Shown here piece after piece: positions 44,917 to 64,000 of a DNA stretch of 64,000 nucleotides. Origin of the DNA: the human T2T-CHM13v2.0 reference genome, Homo sapiens; assembly GCF_009914755.1 (NCBI RefSeq), contig NC_060931.1; one strand, 5' to 3'. A model generated the notes under the pieces. The model was not told the origin of the DNA, searched no databases, and was given only the letters and a program-made list of their open reading frames with translations. A program made the translations under genes and the position numbers. Every line of letters begins with the position of its first letter. Position 1 is the stretch's first letter.

Positions 44917-47900
44917 CTTCCTCCAGGCTGTCCTCATCCTCTTGCTGCTCGGGGGCTGAGAGCCCTTGAGGGCCAGCTGGGCTCTGGGGCCCAGAGGGAG
45001 GAGGCACTTGGCAAGGCGGCAAGATCTGCAAGGCCAGGTCTTTGGCATCCATGGAGGCCACCTTGGGGCTGAGGAGTGGGGAGTGAGGCGAGAGGCTGAC
45101 TCGCGGCCCAGTCCCCAGAGGCTGTGTGGTTCCTGAGACAGCAGCAGCGGCAGGCTGGACTCCTGCCTGGGGCGGTGGGAGGCCCAGAGAGCCTGGGGGC
45201 TCCTCGTCTTCCACAGAGTCTTCCTGGGGGTCCTGGCACAGGCAGGGGGCTGGGGGCTCCAGTGGGGGTAGGGCTGCCCCAGCAAGGGTACCAGGAGCAG
45301 AAGGGTCAGGGCCCAGGGGCCTGTCCACGGGCGTGCTGGGCTGACCCTTGGCAAGGTTTTCTGGGGGCTGCAGCAAGGGGGTGCCAAGGACACTGGGTAC
45401 TTCGTGGGGTTGCTCAACACTGCCCAGACCCAGTACAGGCTCCGGCTGCTGGGAGGTTGGTGCAGACGTGGGGGCAGGCGCGTCAGGGCAGCCTCTGTCC
45501 AGACTGGACACAGCCCCTACTGAAGACTCTGGGCAGGAGTCCAGACTGGCCTCTGTGGCCACAGCTGAGGGAAGCGTGGGCTCCGGGGTGGACTTGCCAC
45601 TCAGGCCTCTTTCCTCCCTGGCTGGGCTCAGGAGCCGGGCCTGGCTGACCTCAGGGCAGGCAGCAGGAGGCGCCTCGGGGACCTCCCTTGCACCTCCAAG
45701 TGCTGACCTGGGTCCATGTTCCTGTGCCAGTGGCTTCAGGCCTCCTTCCTGCTGGTTCTCAACCTCCAGGGTCTCCTTTTGGGGTGAGTCAGGCTTAGCC
45801 CCATCACCTGTGTGCGCTCGCGCTTCCAGACATGCTTCCCGTCCAGGCCTAGAAAGGGCTTCTGCTATTTCCTCCCCAGCACCAGAGGCCGGCTCAGGGA
45901 GACTGAGGGCCTCCATGCCCAAAGTGGAATCCACATCTTCCTGTGCGGCCCAAGGTGTCCCAGCTTCTGCAGCTGGCTGTGGGTCATCCTGTTGGACCTG
46001 GTCCAAGGCTGCAGGCTCCGGGACTGTAGGGAGGGCTGCATTCTTCTCCTCAGGTGCTGGCCTGGGGCCTAAGGCCTCACCTACTTCCTGCTGAGCCATG
46101 GTGGCCACAGGCTCTGTCCCTGGGGCACAGCCTGCTTCTGCCTGCAAGGTTTGAGGGGTGGCCACAGCCAGAGGCTCTGGACCTGAGGTGGGGCCTGTGT
46201 CTTGCAGAGGCAGAGGTGCTGTCATAGCGGAGTCCTGGGGTAAGGTGAGGCCCTCTTCAGCCTGCTGGGACACAGGCGTGGCTGCAGCCACAGGCTTTGA
46301 GGCTGACGAGAGATCTGTGTCTTGTAGGGGCAGAGGCGGTGTCATAGCGGAGTCCTGGGGTAAGGTGAGGCCCTCTTCAGCCTGCTGGGACACAAGCGTG
46401 GCTGCAGCCACAGGCTTTGGGGCTGACAAGAGATCTGTGTCTTGTAGGGGCAGAGGCGGTGTCATAACGGAGTCCTGGGGTAAGGTGAGGCCCTCTTCAG
46501 CCTGCTGGGACACAATCGTGGCTGCAGCCACAGGCTTTGGGGCTGACGAGAGATCTGTGTCTTGTAGGGGCAGAGGCGGTGTCATAGCGGAGTCCTGGGG
46601 TAAGGTGAGGCCCTCTTCAGCCTGCTGGGACACAAGCGTGGCTGCAGCCACAGGCTTTGGGGCTGACGAGAGATCTGTGTCTTGTAGGGGCAGAGGCGGT
46701 GTCATAGCGGAGTCCTGGGGTAAGGTGAGGCCCTCTTCAGCCTGCTGGGACACAAGCGTGGCTGCAGCCACAGGCTTTGGGGCTGACGAGAGATCTGTGT
46801 CTTGTAGGGGCAGAGGCGGTGTCATAGCGGAGTCCTGGGGTAAGGTGAGGCCCTCTTCAGCCTGCTGGGGCACAAGCGTGGCTGCAGCCACAGGCTTTGG
46901 GGCTGACGAGAGATCTGTGTCTTGTAGGGGCAGAGGCGGTGTCATAACAGAGTCCTGGGGTAAGGTGAGGCCCTCTTCAGCCTGCTGGGACACAATCGTG
47001 GCTGCAGCCACAGGCTTTGGGGCTGATGAGAGATCTGTGTCTTGTAGGGGCAGAGGCGGTGTCATAGCGGAGTCCTGGGGTAAGGTGAGGCCCTCTTCAG
47101 CCTGCTGGGACACAAGCGTGGCTGCAGCCACAGGTTTTGGGGCTGACGAGAGATCTGTGTCTTGTAGGGGCAGAGGCGGTGTCATAGCGGAGTCCTGGGG
47201 TAAGGTGAGGTCCTCTTCAGCCTGCCTGGGGACAATCGTGGCTGCAGCTACAGGCTTTCTGCCAGAGGGGAGGTCCAGCCCTCCTTCTTCCTTCAAGTTC
47301 TGAGGAGAGTCTGGACACAATGTGAGGCTTGTTTCTTCCTGTGGAGTTGGAAGTTTTTCTGCAGTGACAGACTCTTGGCCTAAGATCTCGCTGATGCCCT
47401 CCTGGGAGGGCTGAGGCATTGCCATGGCAGCAGATTCTTGTCCAGCGGTGGAGTCTGTTTCTTCCTCCCCAGCCTGTGGGGTCACTCTGGTAGCCGCCTC
47501 CACCTGGAGGCCTGGGGCTACCTGCAGAGTGTGAGGGGTCACAGTGGCAGTGGACTCCTGGCCTAAAGCAAGGCCCTCTTCTGTTACTTCTGAGATCAAT
47601 TCCTGTCTCTGGGACAGATAGGCCCCTCTGTCTGAGGTCTGAGGAGCAGCCTCCACGGCCCAGGACACAGTCCCTTCCTGAGCCTGCAGCCCCTTGGCCC
47701 CACCTCCGCTCTCCTCCTCTGTCTTCTGGACACTGTCCTGGAGCAAAGTGGCCTGGGCATGGGGCTCCCCGCTGTACAGCCTCTCATCATCTGCCTCTGC
47801 GTAGGAGGCTGAGTCTGAATCAGAGGAGGCTGCAGAGGTGTCGTCCCGGAAGGCAAAAGCCTCGTCCATGCCCTCCGTGATGGACAGGTCAGACAGTGAC

Positions 47901-48921
47901 TGCAGGAAGGAGGCAGACGTGCTGTCCTCCTCACCCTCCCCAGCCAGGTCCCCACCTGGGTCGGGATCCGCCACAGCCTCCTCTTCTTCTTCCTCTGGGG
48001 ATAGCGGTGTCACCTCCACTGCCTCCACCTGAAAGATGAGGCTGCCCTGGAAGGGTAGGAGGGCTGCGGGGATCATTGGGTCATTGGCCAGGAAGTCCAG
48101 GTCGAAGAAGTGGCCCTCCTGGCCCCAGGAGGAGCTGCTGTCTGCAGAGAGGCTGGACTCAGAGGACGGGGGCTCTGGGGTCCCTGCTGGGTGCAGCTCT
48201 CGTTCATCCACCATGGACCCCTGCGGGGACAGGCCCCAGCCTGAGGGGAAGTCCAGCCCTTCAGCCGGAGCCAGCAGGCTGAGGGAACAGGAGGGTGAAG
48301 AGGCCCAGCTGTCCCCATCGGCCGTAATGTAGGAGCCCGAGGGTGAGGCGGGGGGCGAGTCCAGCAGCTCATCCCGCAGCTCAGCCTCTGAGTCCCTGGC
48401 GTCCCCGTGGGGCCCACAGGCAGGAAGCAGGGCATAGGTGGTCTTGGTGGGGGTGGAGGGAGGCGTGAAGAAGGAATCAGGGTCTGGGGGAGGGGAAGGC
48501 ACAGAAAGATCACCCTGAGAACACAGCTCGGGGGGTGGGTCTGGGCTTGCGTGCCCACCCTCCTGGTCCCTGAGCGCTGTCCGGGCAGCTCTGGGTGACA
48601 GGAGGGCCTGGCACGTCTCCTCTCCCATCACAATCCGGGGCTCCAGGGTGGCCGGGAGAGGAGCCTCCGTGGACAGAGCCTGGGAAGACAGGCCCTCAGG
48701 GAGGAGCATGGGGCTTGGGCCGCCCTCCCCTGGGTCCGCCCAGGCCGAGGGTGCCCCACCAGGCCCTGCATCCCAGCTGGCTCCCTCGGGCTGGGGCCGG
48801 GCACCCGGCTTGCTGGGCAGGAACGTGAGGGCCAGGTGGCTGGGCCCTGGGGTCAGAGCACAGGGCTCCCGCCGGTCCCCTCCCAGGATGGTGGTGGCAG
48901 CGGCCGCATCGCAGGACAGAT
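44917..48921 (-). CDS. NACAD: NACAD giant exon 2 (4005 nt; acidic, Pro/Ser-rich, contains coding VNTR)
   Basis: ccacag| acceptor, lies inside the 1406-aa ORF 44846..49066, |gtaagg donor; phase 1-1. Confidence 0.95.
46178..47258 (-). repeat. NACAD: Coding VNTR in NACAD exon 2: 9 x 120 bp (40 aa)
   Basis: exact 120-bp periodicity; unit KPVAAATLVSQQAEEGLTLPQDSAMTPPLPLQDTDLSSAP. Confidence 0.97.
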
Positions 48922-51636
48922 CTGTGGAGATAGAGAAGATCATGAGGTGCCCCTGGATGCATCTCCCAGGCAAGGGCCAGGCCCAGGGAGATGAATTCCG
49001 GCTGCATAGGGCCCAGAGGAAGGTGGATCCAGGAAGGCAGGAGAGAAAAGAGAAGACCCTCTGCACGCTGCGTTTGAGGGAGAACTTCCAGGAGTTTTGA
49101 CAGCAGAGAGCAGCTGCTAGTGGTTTCCTAGAGAGGGGTTTTGAGGGAAGTGTTGCTGGGAGTCATGAACAGACCTGTCTGGCGGCTTTTCTCAAGGACA
49201 CCTCAGCAAAGAACTAGCATTTCAGCCTCTCTGGGGAGACTGGATTGCAGTTTCCATTCCACAGAATCAGTGTGGTTCAGCTGGGCTCGGTGGGAGGGGC
49301 TGGTGGTGGGAATCTGCCAGGCAGTGCCAGTCCCATCCCATGACCTCCCAATAGATGCGCCACATGAGGCAGGCGGCACCAGCACGACGCGCGCAGCTCG
49401 AACACTCTGGGCTTCATGCCTCGCTCTGCCTCCTCTCTCTGCTGTCCTTGCTACCTACACTTGAGGCCAACATGTCAGGGTTTCACCAGGCCCCTCTGAC
49501 CCTGCTCCCCTCCTGCACCCAGGGAGATGGGGAAGCCAGGGGCCACCACACGCAGCCAAGTTTCTGGAGAACAGAGATGAAGTGTCCCGTGGAGGCTTTG
49601 CTGGAGCATCTGGCCACAAGGGCAGTGGTGGGCAGGAACGGAGACCATGGAGCCCAGCAAGAGCACAGGACAGCTTCAGAGGGCCAACAGCAGCCTCTGG
49701 CTGAGTCCTCTCCTTGGTGGCAGCCACCCCATGGGTGACCACCAGTTCCTTCCCGGGTGCTGGGAGTTCCCACCCTGCCCTGTGGGCCTTCTCTGGGTCC
49801 CATGATGCACTCCCCCAACCCGCTGGGCAGGCTTCAGTATGAGGAGGCTCTGGTACTCAGTAAACGTCTGTGAGCTAACACACCTCCAGCTGAGAAAGGA
49901 GTCCATAGGAAGTAGCCCTCATGGGTCAGAAAGGACTTAGGGGACTCAGGAAGATGGAAGAAAACCCCTCCGAGGTTGCGGCACACCAGACCGCTATGGT
50001 TTTCTGCCTCCTGGACTCTTACTGGCCTGTATTTTATCACAGGCGAGATCACATTGCACATTCAGTTTTGAATCTAGCTATTTTCACCCAACCTAATCTC
50101 ATAAGCATTTTCCTGTGTGCTCTAAATGCTCATAAGCTTCATTTTAAATGTCTCCATTATGTCCACTCCCTCACTTGGACCTAGGCCAAAGGCACCTCTG
50201 TTTGAAGCATCCAATGAAGGCCCTTCAGAGCCCAGGCCAGGTCTTGCCCAAGGTGGGGGAGCGGCGGCACACAGGGGCCAGCTCTCCAGGCTGCAGATGC
50301 CTGCCTGGTGGCTCCTGCTCTCCCGCACTCACTGGTGACCAGGACAACATCTCTTGCACCTCAGCTTTCTCATCTACAAAGCAGAGCCAGGATTAGAGTT
50401 GAAGCTGAAAGAAGGGGGACCCTGTTGCCAGGCTGCTCCAGCTCCCCTCAGCAGCATCAGAGCCCTGAGCCCTGAACCACCAGCCAAAACTCGTCACCCA
50501 AGGGCTTTGCTGCTGGGGTGATGGGACATCCAGGGGGTCCTAAGACAAGGGGGTCCTTTGGGTTCTTGCATGCCTGACACCCAACATCAGGAGTGGGCGT
50601 GGCTGGTGGGGCATCACTGGGTGCCCTGAAGCTGGGCTCTTGGTTCTGGCCCCTGGTGTGGCCCCCAGGGCAGGGGAACGGCTGAGCTGTTGGGATGGAG
50701 CAGAAACCAAAGGCCAAAGGTTTTTATAACTCATTCAAGGTCACCAAGCAAGCCAGAACAGAGCCAGCACAAGACCCTGGGGCTGGGAAGTCTGGGCCTG
50801 CATTCCCTGCCTCCCACCTAGAGCAGAGGCAGCAGCCTGTGTCACCCCAAACCAGGCCCCAGGCCCCAGCAGTGGTCCCATCTCTGGGTGACTTCTTGCC
50901 CACAGCAAGGTGCCCTTGGCCCTACCCACACATGGCTGACCTCCACGCCAGGACTGTCCAGGCTCGGCTCTTTCTAGGCCCCGTAGACCCCATCAGCCTC
51001 CACCAGCATTTGTTGACCCAGCCTAAGGACAGGTGGTCTGCACACCCAGGGCCATTGCTAATCAGGCCACCTCCCCCAAGGCCTTCCACCTTCCAGACCC
51101 AACTTAGGCTTTATTCCACCACCTGGCCCTCCATCCGGGCTTCCTAGGCTCTGGCCAGTCCTGCTCCTCCCTCCAGAGCCATGACCAGTCGCCGGCCCAG
51201 GACAGACCGGGTGCAACTGAGGACCCTCCCGGTGGTCACCTGATCGTACTGGGGGTATCAGCCGGACACCCCGCCTCCAGAACCCGCTGCCTCTGTCCAG
51301 AGCGGCCCAGCCCCAGCAGGCTGGCAGCTCGGTGCAAACAACGGGATGCAGCGGGCGGGATGCGAGCCCCACGATCCCTGGGTCGGAAGCCAAGGGCTTA
51401 AGCCCCCACGTTCTTTCTGGCTCGCGGCGGGCACTTCGTGCGCCCCACCTTCCCCGCAGTTCTGAGAGAGGCGGTAGCAGGGTTCAGATGGAGGGAAGGA
51501 CAGGGCGCGGAAAGGGGAGGGGACTCGAGGGGGGCCAGGGGGATGGGGGAGAGGGGTGAAAGGTGAGCGATGGAAAGAGAACCCGGGCTGGAGAGGGGAG
51601 AGGCTGAAGGCAGGGAAAGAGTGGCCACGGCCTCAC

Positions 51637-51703
51637 CTGTGCGGGGCCCGGGTCGGTCCGCCTCGGGCAGCAGCAGCTCGGCGCGGGCAGCCTCCCCAGG
51701 CAT
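51637..51703 (-). CDS. NACAD: NACAD exon 1 coding part
   Basis: gccATG at 51703, MPGEAARAELLLPEADRPGPRT+G (67 nt), |gtgagg donor; MPGEA start shared with alpha-NAC. Confidence 0.93.
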
Positions 51704-51819
51704 GGCCTGGCCGTGCGCCCGCCCGTCCCTCAGTCCTTCCGACCCTCCGTCAGTCCGTGCCGCCGCCCCGCCGAGCCTGCGCGGCCACCGCCCCTCGGCC
51801 GGGCGGTGGGGGCAGTGGG

Positions 51820-51827
51820 TGACGTCA
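51820..51827. promoter_or_regulatory. Full palindromic CRE (TGACGTCA)
   Basis: exact match 117 bp upstream of the NACAD ATG, flanked by GC boxes. Confidence 0.7.
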
Positions 51828-52314
51828 GGCCGCCCCGCCCGCCTGTCCCAGCGAGTGAGCGTGCGCGGGCTCGCCAGGCACTGCGGAGGGCGTAGGGGGG
51901 GCTCCCTCCCCGCCCCCACCCCACCCGGCTGTGGCCTCCCTCTCGCTGTGGGCGGTTTCGTGGGGGAGCGGGGGTGGGCGCCTGCGCCCGGTCCCACCCT
52001 TTCCACAGCATTTACGAGGGAGGGTTTCAGGGCCAATTGGAAGCTGGGTTGCCTCAGGGTGGCATTCGCCCGTGGCCAGGAAGAGGCGGGGACGCCCCTA
52101 GAACCCTGGTTGTGGGAGGCTGGGGAGGTGGTTGGGATTCTGGGATGCTCGGAGCGCTTTGGGTGGAGTTGGCGGCGCAGCCTCCTTCCCCGCTGACCAA
52201 GCAGAGGGTGCAGGGCCTGGGGAGGGAGGGGGCCCCGCCCAGCCCGATGCCTCCATGCAAAAGGTGAGCTGGAGCTGCAGCTCTGGAGTGATTGGCTGGT
52301 CCTGGCAGTCGTCG

Positions 52315-52422
52315 GTCTCCGTGGCAACCGCCTCCTGTCTCCATGGCAACCAGGGATGGAGCCGACGAGAGCGCACCAGGGAAGGCGGCCCGGATGGGTC
52401 GGTCTCCAGGTCTCTAGGCAAC
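52315..52422. promoter_or_regulatory. Cluster of three RFX X-box-like motifs
   Basis: GTCTCCGTGGCAAC 52315-52328, GTCTCCATGGCAAC 52337-52350, GTCTCTAGGCAAC 52410-52422. Confidence 0.7.
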
Positions 52423-52889
52423 TCGGTGATCTGTCCTATCATCTCCCCTCCACCCCCACACTAGGCAGTAGAAGGAAAAGGAAGAAAGTGTTTCCCTCTA
52501 TTCCTGGCAGCACCCTCTGCCACACCTCCCAGGAGGAAGCCCGCCCCGTGAATTTCCTGAAATGCCTCTTGCTTTCACACAGGCTACTGCGCCACCCAGA
52601 TTCACTGAGCACCCCTCCTCCCCCGTGCCAGGCACCAGGGAGACAGATGAATGAGACATTGTCATCACCCCTGACTGGGGTGGGGGGAATCAGAGTAGCC
52701 ATTGTCACAGGCAGGGAGGGAGGTTTCAACATCCTCAGTCTTCTGTGGGTTCTAACTTTGAGCTCATGAAGCCAGGGGCTGCCCTCTGACTCCCCCAGAC
52801 CTGCCTCAAGGCTCAGTGCTACACACCTGGCTGCCTGCTGGGCATCTCTCCCCGCTGTACCCCAGGAGTCAGACACACCACACCATTAG

Positions 52890-61980
<9,091 letters not shown>

Positions 61981-62962
61981 ACTTAGGTAATATAAAACAA
62001 AAACTACAGGCTGGGTGTGCCTGATGGTGCCCAGTGAAGCCAGCACAAACTACCCCAATGCTTGGGTGAGTGGCCAAGCATCAGAGCAGTGACTAGACTT
62101 TTTCTTTTTGGGGAAACAGCCTAGGGTTGGGAGCCTACAGTGCTGAGGGCTGTGGGCCTCTCCATCTCAGCTCCACCCCACTGTCCTACTCTCTGTTCTG
62201 TATGGCTGGAGGCAACCCAGTTCCCTGACTGCTATTTAGTCAGGTTCTGCCAATAGGTGTCTCTAAGGAGAGGCTGGAAGGTAGAAAGCTTGTTGCCTCC
62301 CAGCACCTGGTAATCCCCGCAGCAGCAGGGAGGCTGCCAGGGTCCTGTTTGGGCAGCCAGTTCCTAGATGACAGCACAAGGCTCTGGTCAGGGTGGTGAA
62401 GACAACGATGGAGTTTGGCTCTTGGTGCCGTGGTGTCAGCCAAGTGGGATCTTCTCCTCTCCCAGAGCCAGCGCCTCCCAAGTGCTCACCCAGCCCTCAC
62501 ATCACCTGTCACCACATGCTGTCAGGGTGCCTTTCACTCAGCTAAGTGTGAGACAACTGATGGGAGAAAGCCTCCCAGGATGGCTGTGGTTCAGTAGCCA
62601 CAGCTCCATCAGAACCCCCAGCCATGCACTGAATCTCCAATCAGCTTCCCTGGGAAGCTCCTCTGCTCTGGAGGTTCAGAATTCTAGGACTCCACCTGCC
62701 TGCTGGGGCTGATACAGACCCCTACGCAAGAGGCCGGCATATGTGAATAAGCACTCATGGAGGGAAGAAGCTGGGAGAGACAGGCAGGTAACAACCCAGG
62801 TCTGTCCCTAAAGCAGCCCTCTTGGGCTGGGCGTGGCGGGGGAGTGCACAGGGCAGACTGGAGAACCACGCCCTGCTCAACAAAGCAGACAGACAAGTGC
62901 TGACAGTGCAGAGGGTGACCAAGCCTGGGAAGGCCCCAGGGGTCCAACACCAAAATTAAAGG

Positions 62963-62968
62963 TTTATT
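62963..62968 (-). terminator. TBRG4: TBRG4 poly(A) signal AATAAA
   Basis: tttatt on + strand ~157 nt past the stop, followed by U-rich sequence on the minus strand. Confidence 0.8.
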
Positions 62969-63125
62969 ATACACAAGAGGACGTTCTGTCCCTCAGAGTG
63001 GCTGGCCACCCTCCCCACTCTGGCCAAGGTCCTGCACAGAGGTTTGTCCTCAAGGGTGACCCTTCTTGGCCGCCCACAGCTAGACCTCCGGCGGAGAGGC
63101 ACGCAGTCCATGCTGCTGGCACAAG

Positions 63126-63227
63126 TCACTTGGCCAGCTCCTCAGCCACCGCTTTGCGCATCTTGTCCTTGAGGTAGGCGCCTTTCTGCCATTCAGACTT
63201 GAGTTCCAGCCACTCATAGAATGGGAC
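63126..63227 (-). CDS. TBRG4: TBRG4 (FASTKD4) last coding exon, end of RAP domain; rest of gene beyond the window
   Basis: ttctag|[36 protein letters not shown]; fits the known CCM2-NACAD-TBRG4 gene order. Confidence 0.93.
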   Translation of the reverse strand, partial: VPFYEWLELKSEWQKGAYLKDKMRKAVAEELAK

Positions 63228-64000
63228 CTAGAAGGAGGCAGGGGAGACAGGTCACATGGGCAAGGAGATCCCTTCCAGCCAGTGGCTCTGCCTGCTTGCC
63301 TGCTGTCCTCACATTGACCCCTCACCCAACACCTCTGCTGACCAACAGCTCTGCACACCTGCCCCTTGGCCTCCAAGTCTTCAAGGCAGAGCCCATGAAC
63401 TGCAGGCAGTGCGGGCGGGGAGAGGTGCTAGCACTGTCAGTGCTGGAGGGGTCTGCAAACTACTCGGAGGCCCAAGAAGGGCTTCTGAATTTTAAACAGT
63501 TAAAAAACTCACAACAACCCAAAGAAGCAAACAGAACCCTTGTGTGGCTCATGAAGCCACATGTTCATTCACTGGCCCTTCCCAGGGAAGGTGACCACCT
63601 TTGATCTTAACCAAGGTCTCCCAGGTGTGAAACCAGAGTCAGGCCCAAGACCTGCATCTTTCTGCTCCTGCCAGTTCCACTGGTCCTACTTTTCCTGACA
63701 ACAGGCGCTGACCAAGGGGGCAGAGCAGCTGCACTCAGAGCCCCAACAGCTGTGCAGCCTCTTGGGCTTCAAGCTGCTCATCTGTGAATGGGCCCTACCC
63801 CGCCCACCTCTTAAGCTGAATAAGCAGGCTTGGTTGCCTTTTTGGGTTCACCCACGGGGTGAGATGCTGGGAAGGTTAGAGGGGAGGCTGGAGCAGCTAG
63901 GATCCACAGTAAACTCCCTCCCTGGGCTCCTGGGAGAGGCCCGGGGCCACGGGCAGGGCATGTGTCTATACCTGCTGGCTCAGTTCCACCTGATCCCCTC

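Larger units (their letters stand above)
51190..52430. promoter_or_regulatory. NACAD: CpG island / NACAD promoter
   Basis: dense CpG and very high GC around exon 1; several GC boxes (GGGCGG/CCGCCC). Confidence 0.9.

Noticed and set aside
46220-47200. beta-TrCP or FBXW7 degron reading of the repeated DSAMTPPLP
   Set aside because: Lacks the DSGxxS second serine and the +4 S/T/E.
46158-47303. 381-aa antisense ORF across the NACAD coding VNTR
   Set aside because: A stop-free 120-bp unit repeated nine times explains it; non-ATG start.
48922-49066. N-terminal 48 codons of the 1406-aa ORF
   Set aside because: Intronic read-through upstream of the exon 2 acceptor; the real start is the ATG in exon 1.
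51398-52327. 309-aa ORF in frame with NACAD exon 1
   Set aside because: TTG start, no upstream in-frame ATG, and CpG-island composition is poor in stop codons.
62955-62968. ATTAAA (+) next to TBRG4's AATAAA (-), suggesting a bidirectional poly(A) site
   Set aside because: Explained as TBRG4's U-rich element; no plus-strand transcript evident.
63228-64000. SNORA5 snoRNAs hosted by TBRG4
   Set aside because: No recognisable H/ACA snoRNA in this stretch; as I recall they lie in introns beyond the window.

Overview
Human (primate) genomic DNA from chr7p13. It holds CCM2 exons 2-10 (+ strand; exon 1 lies upstream of the window), the complete NACAD gene (- strand, 8 coding exons, 1562 aa) and the last coding exon and 3' end of TBRG4 (- strand). 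All exon boundaries were read from the sequence: they have GT-AG ends and give continuous reading frames. CCM2 intron 2 (25.5 kb) and the NACAD-TBRG4 gap are mostly Alu, L1, MaLR/ERVL and DNA-transposon remnants. A ~2.6 kb 21-bp minisatellite sits between the convergent 3' ends of CCM2 and NACAD, and NACAD exon 2 has a 9 x 120-bp coding VNTR. The locus is known and I cannot claim a new biological system. The best leads are: (1) NACAD's 4005-nt exon 2 is frame-symmetric, and skipping it would give a 227-aa alpha-NAC-like protein, mirroring NACA/skNAC; (2) a 1.86-kb TSD-flanked, polyadenylated insert in CCM2 intron 2 that looks like an orphan retrocopy or transduction; (3) the minisatellite abuts the NACAD poly(A) signal and contains a 292-bp higher-order duplication; (4) a triple RFX X-box cluster upstream of NACAD; (5) several alleles suggesting a non-GRCh38 haplotype. 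Repeat family names and reference alleles come from recall and need RepeatMasker/dbSNP confirmation. Most entries in the supplied ORF track are spurious.
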